From contig CM102287.1 of assembly GCA_046563655.1 (NCBI GenBank), positions 6,572,001-6,636,000 on the forward strand: a DNA stretch of 64,000 nucleotides, written 5' to 3'. A model generated the notes under the pieces. It worked only from the letters and a program-made list of their open reading frames with translations, made no database searches and was not told where the DNA came from. A program made the position numbers and the translations under genes. Below, piece after piece: positions 50,001-61,184 of the stretch; positions within the stretch are counted from its first letter, which is position 1; every line of letters starts with the position of its first letter. This DNA is from Yuukianura sp. NJ FZ-2021 (taxonomy: Eukaryota).

Positions 50001-53000
50001 TTTTCTCACATTCAAAAGATAAGTCAGAGCATGAGAGGCTCAAGTGCGGGATTTCGTCTTTCCCAACTTTCAGTTCTTCTTGAAGCACCAGCTCCACAAC
50101 GACGTTAGGAATTTCAAACGTAGCTGAAATTGAAATGGAATCGTCATCTGATTTTGTGGGAACTTCATCATTTTGTCTCGAAGGTAAATATGAACGAAGT
50201 ATTGTATAGAGAGTATGGATTTTCGCCTTATTGAAATGGAAATTCAGTTCCGGTAATGTCGCCATCACTGTTAGTGTAGGCCATTCAGGATCTTCAGTGT
50301 AAACAACCCGTCGCCCCAGCTAAAAAGATTCAAAACGCCGAGTCATGATTTAAATAAGGTCACAAATCTTATAAATAGTATTCCGACAGTGTGATTACCT
50401 GCAAGTTGATGGAGAAACGATCAACCACATGAAGAAATGAAGTGCATTGAGAGTTTGCAATTCTCCAGCTTTCATCTTTAGGTGACTTCTTGTCTACAAC
50501 AGTGATTTGAATGTCAGTAATCTCGAGTTTATATTTCTTATAAAGTTGAGTTTGGAGTTGATCCAAGGACTCTGTGAATGCAATGCCAGCAATGTTCTGA
50601 GGGGCTTCAAATATCGAAGGTCGTGATGAACATGAGTCGCCATCTGATGTCATTCGTTCTGGAACAGGCGACGAGCAAGGTGTCAGAAATTCTTCATTTT
50701 CGTCATCGTCGATTTCTTGACCTGACAATAAATCAGAACAAGCAGACACATGACAGTCCTCCTCCTCATGTTCATGGTCAGTGTCATTTGTGAATCGAAA
50801 ACGGCCGAGATCGAACACAATGAACTTAGGAACTACTCCGTTGATGTCCGTTCCGTTTCCGCTAACTCTTCGAAAGCACTTCGGTCTCGTATTATTGTCG
50901 ATATTTTTCGTCGTTGGAAGTAACCCGATACCATGGATGACAATTTGTGGAGCGGCAATATCAAGCGTAATTTCCCAATTAGAATGATGGCCTCCAGTTA
51001 TGGAATTTGTGTTTGTGCTGATCAGTCGTTTCCAGTAGGTGCGTAACTCTTCTTTTGTCTTTTCCTTCATAATTTCGTAACGATTTTGAGAAACTTCCAA
51101 ATAATCTGAAACAAAATGTTTCAATTTAAAGATAAAAAATTTACAATTACATCAATTATACGTTCAATAACAATTTTACCTTCTTCAACGTCGGAAAATT
51201 CGAAGAATGAAGACACTTCATTCCATAAACCAGGATAAATGACTAGATCCAATGGTTTCGTTGTTATGCTAATTCGATGTCCAGCTTTTCGGTGTGGACG
51301 TCTTTCATAGACAAGCTTGAAAATTTGGTCATTTGAAAAACTGGGTTTGCGTTGATCTTGACGTTTTCCTCCTGCCACAGTGGTAGGAAATGTTGAATGA
51401 GGTGAAACAATGAGAGATTTGGTAGAACAGTCGCGAAGTGACAAGGCAGCTAAAGACATATTGAATTTGTGAGCACCGGTTCTCGGACGAACTTCTGTAG
51501 AGATATTGACATCACAGAAATCCATCTCCAAGAATTGCTTAGTTTGTCGATGTAGAGTAATAACAGCCTTTTTGAGCACAAATTTGAATCTTGCAAGAAC
51601 TGCATCTCGTCCGTAGGATTTCATGTCATCCAGTATCGACTCATCCAGTTCTGATTCACTCTTTCGAAGTTGAATAATCTCATTCTCAAACTCTTCACTA
51701 TTGGCATCTATTGGTGCAGTTTCTGACGATGCTGTTGTAGTATTTGCAGAGTAAACCCAATTTGACCACGATGGAAAAATGTAAGAAAAGGCTCGACCGT
51801 ATGATGTTGACGATTCAACGGTGGCATTTGGATCCGTTGTTGACGGTTCCTCTTTGTGCGAAAGAGCAGCACTTTCTTTCAAAATCTTTTCCTTGTCCAG
51901 AGTGATGTTACTTTTAACCTCTACTCGTCGCATAGCAACTTGTCTGAGAGCAACGATTTCGTCAAAATGGAGCTCAGCTTCCATTCGATCTGAAAAACCA
52001 GAGTTATTTTAGAAACAGTGAATGACTTCCATACATCATTCTAAAGTGACACTGATCTGGATCAGCTGTTTTTTTTACCTTTGAGCTTCCGTTCTTCAGG
52101 CAGTAGCATCTCTTGCTTCAAGTACTTCTCATACGCTGCTACAAATGCAACATTTTCAGTAGCACGCGTTGCCATTTCTTCATAAGTTTTCAGCACTGTT
52201 CTGCGTTTATAACCTCGATGAGCCAAGATTGCCCGAACTGCGTATGTCCACCAGAGAAACGGAGCCTCCTTGACAGATTCTACAAAAGGTCGATAGTGCC
52301 GAAAACGACAATTCCGATAAAGACGGGAGTAGGACTTGTAGGATCTGAAAGCTGTTCGAAACTGAGCTTCGGAAAGTTGAAATGGAACTGTGTTCAATGA
52401 TAGTTGAACATCAAATCTAGGTTTTGTGGAACTGGAAATAGGATATGCAGAATTATTTTTGGAAATTCTTGCTTCAGCGGAGACAGGACGTAGAAGATAT
52501 TCGTGAGTTCTGGAAGTTGTGTCCATCGCACTCTGAAAAACGATCGAAACAGTGAGGGGTGCATTGTAACATAAACAAATTATATTTTGATAAAGCTACA
52601 ATAATATAATTGGCTCACTATTAAATCAACTGGACTGAGATCGCTGAATTTCTTAGCTGTAGTATCACAGTAGATTCCAAATTCAGTTAGCTGTAGAGTT
52701 TTGAAAGAACAGTCTGAGTTATTTCCGGTTGAAGATGTGGAAAGAGGAGTCCAAGCTGCGTCGCAACTTTGAGCAATCAAACTTTTTAAAGTAATTCCAA
52801 CGGCGACAACGAAGTTTGACTTGACGTCTTCAAACCTGATATGAACATTACGTACATTGAGTTGCAGGTTCTCGACAACTTTGGTAACTATTGAAGCTCC
52901 GATCTGCATCGATGAAAAGTAGAGCGAAGAATAATACGAGGAAGCATTTGAAGCCAAATCGAATTGTGTCTTCCATCTTCCTTCATGAGAATCCAAAGCA

Positions 53001-53529
53001 CTCATCTTTATCTCATGAGCCAACGCTGCTTCCTGGACAGGATCCCACTGCAAGTATTCCGCAATTTACAACTAAACTTTCCGACAGATTTAGAAAGAGT
53101 GTAAATGTGCCCTACCTACCTCAGCCAAGTTGAGTGGAACTGCAACCAGGTAGACATTCTCGATAGTGATAAGAACCGGCTCATTACGGAAGTATTTCAG
53201 AAGATTGAATTCAATTTTAATCCTTCCAACAATTCCTGACGTAACTTCAATTGGCAATCCCCAACTTCTGAAAATGTTTTTCTTTAGTGGTACGTTCTCC
53301 AGTTCCAATTCACCTTTTAAACAGAACACGAATCAAACCAAATATTTACCAAATAAGACGCAAATACTGTCAAGTTCACACAATTACACATCCCAGCTGA
53401 TTTTCGAAGTTAGTAATTAATTAAGAACATACCTTGTCGCAGGGCAAACGACAGTTGTTGTGAATTGAGATTCTCTACATATTTGCCCAAGTAGTTGTTG
53501 ATATACCAGGATATAAACGTTTCCCACAT
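41075..53529 (-). CDS. VPS13D: Vacuolar protein sorting 13D-like lipid transfer protein, ~21 exons
   Basis: Chorein-N start MWETFISWYINNYLGKYVENLN...GELELENVPLK, a UBA-like segment LLSMGFPHASCVVAL, DYYNRDLGGWEPLLE, VAB/SHR-BD repeats, a ricin-like segment (IEHEGSSPP), QKLRPGSG, LGSVDFLGNP and ATG2_C-like GLGKGIVGAVTKP. All junctions I traced are GT-AG. Confidence 0.93.
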
Positions 53530-53967
53530 TGTCACCAAGTGGCATTGGAAGAGTAATCCTCAATTTTGGAAACCAATAATTATTAATTTAATTACATAAA
53601 CACAGCATTTTTATGTCTTTTACTCACGGTGAGAGGAAAGTTATTGATTCAGAATCAGCAATCAGCTGATGCAACTCATTCAAAAGCAAACTCAATTTTG
53701 GGTTGAGATAAGGTTTAGCGACCGTCATTGTAGCCCAACATTGTAGCCACTCCCCCATTGTTAGTGGCTGCAATGGGTGGCTACACTGTGCGGCAGCTTA
53801 TGTTGCCACTTGAGCAGAGCTTAGGTTAGGTTAAAGTTAGGTAAAGATTAAAGTAAGTTATCTACATTGCATTGCATTAAGTTTAAAGTTTTCTAGCGAA
53901 AATTAATTTCTAAAATTAGCGAAAGATAAAATTTTTCTAAAAAGGTAAGCTAGCAATAATTGTTTTC

Positions 53968-55010
53968 TAAGTAGCGAAAGCTACTTTATATTCAGATTCA
54001 GTCTGTCTGTCTGTCCGTCGGTTTGTCCAGCTCAATTATCTCAGGTCTACCTGGTCCGATTTCTTCCCGGTTTTCACCAACCGGCATCTTATGACCCGGA
54101 CATGATCGCTATTGAATATGATCCACTTTGGATAATCTCTTTCCGGGTCAAAGGTCAAGGTGAACCGGTTGGTTTCATCCCCGGTAACAATGGAAAATGA
54201 CCTATACAAAAGTTGTACCTATATATCATGTGGCCCCAAATCACCTCCTTCCACCTTCCGGGTCAAAGGTCAACCGGGGAGGGAAACACAACCCCACTCC
54301 TCTGGGGGTAGGAAAGTTGGAGAAACGGGGGTAGGGCGGGAAATTTGGAGGAACCCACTCCCCCGGAGGGGGCGAGAAAGTGGGGGGATCACACCCCCAC
54401 ACCCGCGGGTTAGGTTAGGTTGGGTCAGGTTGCTTTTTATAAATTATTGCATCTTATATTTATATTTATATTATTATAACCTCATCAAACCTCCCCTAGT
54501 AGAAATATAAATTTTTACTAGATGAGGATCTGCTAATTTCCAGGAATGCATAAAAATTTCTTGATATGTATTTTTTCCAGTTGGGCACAGAATGTCTTGA
54601 TCCGGACGGACATGTCCTTTTGAAAAAATAGGAATATGAGTGCGCTTTGGTGTATCGTATTTTAACCGCTCATGAAATTAATACAAGGCGCTTTAATAGT
54701 AACATAACTGTTACTTTGTTATTTCTCGCTTTAATCCTAATTTGTTGTTCTAACCCTAATTTAACGAAGCAATGTCTTGTTCAATTTTCAATTACTTTAC
54801 TACTAAAAGTTGATCTCCCCTGGTTTTATTTGTAGTAGCGACAGATTAGAAGTGACCTTGTCAAGACAAAATTGTCTCCCGAAGAAGATAATACTTAATG
54901 TATAGGTCACAGTTGTTAGATTAGGTTCTTCAGTTCCAATGTTAAGTGTTGAAGTGAAATTGTTCTGTTCGAACGAGAACGCATTGCTACTTTAGTAAAA
55001 TTTTTACTTT
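53968..55010 (+). mobile_element. DINE-1/HINE-like element, copy 3 (core 53968-54430; 3' end tentative)
   Basis: 5' hairpin AAGTAGC-GAAA-GCTACTT (53969-53986), a (GTCT/GTCC)n tract and ~300 nt homologous to copy 1. A candidate 3' inverted copy GCTACTT (~54986) is followed by the stem-loop AGTAAAA-T-TTTTACT. Confidence 0.62.
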
Positions 55011-55325
55011 TACCGCACAGTTCCCTATTACGACAGAATTATAGCCAAAAATTCTTAAAGCTATCTATCATATTTTATTTTTCTAGGTTAAGCAGAAGAT
55101 CTGAATTTCGTGACACACTGACAGTGAATACTTATTGCTTTCTTTTAGTGTGAACCAGCAACTTATGCACAGACACAACTAAAGTCAGACAAATAGTACT
55201 AATTTTGCAAAATTTTTGCGGTGTACGTTCATATCACAATGGTATATGCGCCGAACGTATTCGGACGGTTGAACACTTTTCGTTTGACGGGAAATCAAAA
55301 TATTGCAAAACATCTTCATATTCAA

Positions 55326-58149
55326 ATGGACCAATGGCGTTTGAGAAGATCGCCAGTTTTTGCAACTCATGGAGCTGTAGCGTCTAGCCAGATAAGTACC
55401 CTGTTTTCTCACCTAATAAGACGCTCTCGCGTATAAGACGCACCCCGAAATTTTCGAAAAATCCTGAATAGCGCCAAAATGTTAAGCTTAAAGTTAAAAA
55501 TTTACTTTTTTGACCAGGCTTCCTAAATAGGTGATGAAGTTAATTTCTACAAATTTAACGTTTAAGTTTTAGACAAAAGAATATGAGAAAAAAGTCAGTA
55601 AAAATGCATTCACAGTAGAATTCCAAAACGAAGGTGTATAGAAAATTTCGTCATTCCGAAATTCTGATCTAATGAAATGTCGGTTCACACTAGCGTTAGG
55701 TTCAACCAAATGTTGTCAAACTCACAGCATTTAGAATTTTGTTTTCGACTCCTCTTTTCCTCGACTTGAAGTATTTTGCTGCAAAAAAAGTTTCTAATAA
55801 AAAGTAAAATTCCCACAAAACTTCATTTAGGTATGCACAAAAATACGTCCCAATTCGAATTGCCTGAACCAGAATATTGCGAAAATGCTCGATTTGATAA
55901 ATTAAAATTAGTTTGAAAACAAGCAAATAGAGTTTAGCCGACAATTCCTACAGACTTTTAACAAAAATCGTCAGTTTTTCAGCGAAAGAAGTTTTTTTTT
56001 CTTCCCAGATTTTGCGAAATTTCACAGATAAGACGCGTCCTTTCTGCGAGAAAATAGGTAGTCAGTTTTCTTTTCGGTGTACTGAGGATAACTATTTAAT
56101 TTAGCTTTGTTGTTTAAATTCTTGCTCAATTTACCCTCTGGCGAGTGAAATTGGTGTTTCGATTCTGAGAAAAGGAGGAAATGCTGCTGATGCGGCAGTC
56201 GGAATCGCGGCGGCCCTGAATGTGACTCAACCAATGTCAACAGGTGAAAGCCAAATACATGGTTCATACAATTTAAGTTAAAATTATTAAAATTTTCATA
56301 GGTATTGGAGGCGATATGTTTTGTTTATTTTTCGATAGCAAGTCCAAGAAAGTGAAAGGTCTCAACGGAAGGTAAGCGTAAACTGTTTTGGTGCGTTCAA
56401 GTTTGTTTTAAAAAAATTGAACTATTTTCTGCTTCACTTTGGAAGTTTTTTTCTCCAAATTTTAGTGGTCGCTGTCCAGCGGGCTTGTCCATAAATTTTT
56501 TAGAAAGTTTGGGATTTAGCGAAGCAAATCGGCCACCGAAACAGTCGCCGCTTTGGATCACAGTTCCCGGGTATAAATATTAAGATTTTTTGAAGAAATT
56601 TTGTCATTGTACGATTTAATTTTTCTTCACGTTTGTTTCCATAACTCGCTACAGTGCTGCTGCTGGTTGGATTGACACGGTGGAAACATTTGGAAGTGGA
56701 AAGCTAACACTGCAGGACATCTTGGATCCAGCGATTACGTTAGCTGAAAATGGCCACCCTGTCAATATGTGTTCAGCGTATTTCTGGAAAAGAGCAGAAC
56801 CTATGCTGCTGGAAGCATCGAAACACGGACATGAACTTCTTATTGACGGCAAGGCTCCAACTGCAGGCCAAATCAAGCCAATGCCCAACTTAGCCAACTG
56901 CTTTCGACTACTGGCGTCGGAAGGCAAAGCGGGATTTTATAAAGGGCAAGTAGCAGAAGCCATTGTGCAAACAGTTAGAGAATTGGGCGGAGTAATCACT
57001 AAAGAGGATCTGGAAGCACATTCAAGTACATTTGTAGAACCAATTTCTACAAACTATCGCGGCACTGAAATATTCGAATGTCCACCGAATGGACAGGGAA
57101 TCACTGCTCTGGTGGCTTTGAATATTCTGGAGGGATTTGATATCCCTGCTCTTGCGTTTCATTCGCCTGAACACGTTCATCTTGTCATCGAATCCCTCCG
57201 ATTAGCGTTTGCCGATACTCGTCACTATGTTGCAGATCCTGACTTTTTAAAAGTTCCTACACAAGAACTTTTATCGAAACAATATGCCGCTAAACGCCGA
57301 GACTTGATTTCACTGGATAAGGCAGCAATTGGAATTGTAAGTTGAAAATCTTTTTCTTTTTTCGAGCTTTCTGGAAAGTGTTAGCATTTTTTTTAGAAAC
57401 ACGGGTACCCTGAACGCTGTTCCAATACAGTGTACTTTTGTGTTGTCGACGGAGAGGGGAATGCTTGCAGTTTCATCAATTCTAATTACATGGGCTTCGG
57501 AACTCACATTGTTCCAAAAGGTTGTGGATTTACGCTACAAAATCGTGGAGACAATTTTTCATTGGACAAAACTCACCCCAACTGCTTGCAGCCAGGAAAA
57601 AGACCGTGAGATTTAACATTGATTTACTTTTAAAATTTATTGATAATTTTAAATTTATTAACAAAAAAAAATTTATAACAGGTACCACACAATTATACCA
57701 GGAATGGCCATGAAGGATGGAGAATTGGCATTTGCATTTGGCGTCATGGGTGGATTCATGCAAGCGCAGGGTCACGTCCAAGTTGTGTCCAACATGGTTG
57801 ACTTCAACCTGAATCCTCAACAGAGTACAAAAGCTACCTCTGAAAATTATATTGTTATGATTGGGTCAATTAATTGCAAAATTGTGTTATCCCAGCTCTG
57901 GATGCTCCAAGGTTTCGGATAGCCGACGGAACAGCTAATGGAATTATCGAGATTGAAGAAGGAATAAGCAGCGACGTTGGTAAGAAGCTTAGAGAAATGG
58001 GCCACGCTGTCACTAGGGAATGCACGATTAGTGGATATGAAAGAGCTGAAGAATTCGGTGTAGGGCAAATCATAACAAGGAATCCGACGACGGGCGTTTT
58101 ATGTGCTGGAAGCGATCCTCGACATGATGGACAAGCAATTGGTTTTTGA
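55326..58149 (+). CDS. Gamma-glutamyltranspeptidase / glutathione hydrolase, YwrD-like (~545 aa). Exons 55326-55391, 56135-56243, 56302-56371, 56466-56570, 56655-57336, 57397-57605, 57682-57824, 57896-58149
   Basis: RRSPVF...SSQPLAS...GGNAADAA...STGIGGDMF, TVPGAAAGW, PPNGQG, the autocatalytic Thr site [29 protein letters not shown] and GSDPRHDG. The spliced CDS is 1638 nt in frame if intron 1 is AT-AC. Confidence 0.93.
55392..56134 (+). other. Non-canonical AT-AC intron (GGT intron 1)
   Basis: CAG|ATAAGT...CAATTTAC|CCT CTG restores the conserved SSQ-PLAS junction exactly. Confidence 0.8.
55399..56058. mobile_element. Degenerate pogo-type MITE inside GGT intron 1
   Basis: TA on both flanks, imperfect TIRs CCCTGTTTTCTCACC..AAGACGC / CCTATTTTCTCGCAG..GGACGC, and subterminal ATAAGACGC repeats (three copies). 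Confidence 0.68.
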
Positions 58150-58697
58150 ATTGACTGAATATTAAATTCTAAAGTGGACATTGGGGTTTTACAACTTGAC
58201 TTTTGAGTGTAAAAATAAAACTTGTGCTTTTTTGCGTCTTCGATTTTCGAGGCTGAATTTTTTCGAGGCTGACAATCGACGCATGGATTTACGCTAGATC
58301 CTCAGCGTGTTTGGGAGTCAAAGTGGAGGAAATTAAATTGTTGTGGCTTGGTTAATTAATTTTTAATTAACGTTGAATTGTTTCTCCGCTATTCTAGCAT
58401 ATTCGATGCTCCAACGGTTCAGATTGCCCTCGGGACAGCCAATATGAACCTCATAGAAATGACCGAAAGAATAAGCAGCGAGTCGCTTCCAGTGACGCTA
58501 TGAAGAATGCTCCGACTGATGGTTTCCCAGTCAACCAAAATGCAACTGAAATTCTAATTTGAATCAACATTTTAGTAAATAAGACACAAAAGTCATGTCA
58601 TCTTATGATATTTACATATCTCGATTCCATGTCGTCGCTGGAGACTGAATTTTCTGAAATTCACAATTGCCCGAGTACTGACGACATTGATTTCAAA

Positions 58698-60102
58698 ATG
58701 GCATCTTCAGAAAATGGACCAACAGAGTTATGTTGTGCCAGACCTCCACCAGGTTTCGCACCTATCTTCAATGTAAAAAATACTGCATTCCACCTGAACC
58801 ACCATTGTATTGCTGTCAACAAGCCTGCGCGTATGAATCGACTTGTGTACCCAATGAAATTAATTTGTCTTTTCAGAACTGCCATTGCGTTTCTTGCGGA
58901 GTTGCAAACCTGTCGAGTCAAAGTTCAACTCCTTCTAACCCATGGACGAATTCCGGCCTGAAGTATGATGAGTCTTGGTTGCAAGAGGGTGACAACGCTA
59001 TGTCTGATGGCCATGCATCGCTTGGAATCTCGAGGTAGTTCACTTCGTTTCATTTATAGTGCTAAGCGTTTTCGCGCGTTTTCTTTGACACTTGTTCTCC
59101 TATACGAAAGTGCACTCCTACGAACACCGCCACCGCCTGGATTTCACTCATGTCAGCATGAAGGTGACAACTCAACGTCTAATAGTCATGCATCGCTTGG
59201 AATCTCGAGGTAATACACGCTATACTTCGCTTCATTTTCACTTCTAAGCGTTTTGACCCTCTTTCGTTGAAAATTGTTCTCCATCCAGCGCAAGCGCTCT
59301 GCAACAAACACCACCGCCGCCTGGATTTCGAGCATTTCAGCCTTCCCTTGACTTTCGTCAAACACGAAGCTACGAGGAGCTTCAGAAAAAGTGGGACGAA
59401 GAGGCTCATACAAAGCAAGATCCAATTGCAGCTCAGATAAATGCTAATATTGGACTTGCTATTAACTTATGCTTGCCCAGCATTTTTGAGGAAGTGGTCC
59501 CAAGCAAACCAAGTATGAAAATTGATACTCTTAAAATTACATTGGTAGAATGCTACCAAAGCTACAAAAGAACTAATTGTCACGAATTCATTCTTTAGCC
59601 ATCGGTTTCTATCATTCAATCGAAAAGGAAATTGGAATATCAGGAATGGAAACGGATATGATGTTGACTGAAACGAGAGGCTCGGGAACAAAAACTACAC
59701 AATTTGAGAATAAGTTGAAGACGCTTCTGACGGATTTCCTAGCAGATCAAATGGACTTTGACTTCGAAGGACCTGCAGATCTTGAAAACGCGCAGTTTAC
59801 AAAGTTTGAGCCCAAGCCTTACAAAATCCAATTCAAAGGAATTGTTCAAGACGTTCCAGAGTTTAGCTGGACTTTCCTGGTCGACATTGGATGGGACACA
59901 ATTTGGGTTGATTGCACTGCAGTGGACCATGAATGGTCAGGAACGTTCATTTTGTACCAGGTGAATTCAAAAAAATCTTTAATATTTTGATAGAATTTTA
60001 TATTTTGATTTTGACCTTCTTTCGTTTTTTTTAATCAATTAACAGGGATTTCACACTAATTATGTCGCAAACGTTTATGGAAAACTTGAATGTGTAGATT
60101 AG
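58698..60102 (+). CDS. Uncharacterised protein (~324 aa) with three PPPGF motifs. Exons 58698-58772, 58877-59034, 59111-59209, 59289-59512, 59599-59960, 60046-60102; 5' end uncertain
   Basis: Six GT-AG exons join in one frame (975 nt). No family was recognised. Confidence 0.6.
58981..59330 (+). repeat. ~176-bp tandem duplication spanning an exon-intron-exon unit
   Basis: GGTGACAAC...CATGCATCGCTTGGAATCTCGAGGTA...CTAAGCGTTTT...TTGTTCTCC...CCGCCTGGATTTC occurs twice. Confidence 0.88.
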
Positions 60103-61184
60103 TTGCAAAATTAGAATTAGACTATAACATAATGAAAACAAATAAGTGTCAATTAATCGTAAGCAATAAAACGTATATAATAATAAACATATTTTCCAAT
60201 CAATTTTAGACCTGACCAATGAAATTTTTGTTTAAAATTTTTTGAAGTAATTTTAAAATATGGAAAAGCGTTTTGAATTAGAATTTCCTTGAAATTCAAA
60301 GTTTGAACGGATGAGTGACAAAATAAGTAAACTTGAAAAGGTGAGTTCATATTTGACAGAAAAAAAATTTCGTATGAAATTGTTGACAATGGGCGTCTGT
60401 GATGACACAAATTCCGTCATTTTGATACGCACTGTCACGCTAGCATCAGTGCAAGCATAGATGCGTACTCGTAACCTATTTTTCCAAATAAAAAAGGTTC
60501 ATATTCTCCCATAATTTTTATGTCCATTTTCATTTCGTTGAAAATTTTACGACGGAGTCAAGAGTTCTGAGAATACTTGTAAGATTTGTAAAAGTAGTCG
60601 AGGCTTTTATGTATTAGTGTCAGAGATTACAAATTGTGAATTCTCTTGATTCATTTTGGAATAAATTTTCCACAATTTTTTTTTCTGGATTTACAAGTGG
60701 GATTTTATGGAGGTGTACGTGTAACTACTAGACAGTAGACATAACGCTCTTGTTAAAGTCAGAATTGACTCGACGCTTAGTTGATAACTATACAAAAGTA
60801 AAAGCTTAGAAGAAGAGGGTGTAATTCCTTTGCAGAAATTCAATATTGCAAATAGCATTAGCAAGTGGATCTCCCCTGGGAAGCCAGTTTTTGCTGGAGG
60901 ATAGACACCACCACCACCAAGGAATAAAGCAAAAGAGGCCAAACCACTTTGCAGACAGCCGAATTTGGCTTGCAAAAAAAACTGATCCCAGTTGCCATCC
61001 CAATTTGTGCTTGTAGTTTCAACGCTATTTGGCCCCGCATTGACATCATCCCAGAATCACACAGGAATTTGAGCAGTTGAGCAGAGGACAAGGTGTGTGC
61101 AGAACTTTCAATCTTTTGACCGGGTTTTCTTCCATTGTTTTTCCAGACGCCTTTATATCCAAACCTTGACTTGAGAAATAAGAC

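Noticed and set aside
41152..53420. Many plus-strand ORFs overlapping VPS13D, and similar antisense ORFs over other genes
   Set aside because: These are shadow frames of real coding exons with no independent motifs.
54408..54432. TTAGG repeats as an interstitial telomere
   Set aside because: Only 2-3 imperfect units embedded in a transposon-like sequence.
57821..57900. Possible second non-canonical intron in GGT (NPQQ/ALDAPRF)
   Set aside because: A canonical A|GTACAA...CCCAG|CT junction keeps the frame (NPQQTLDAPRF).
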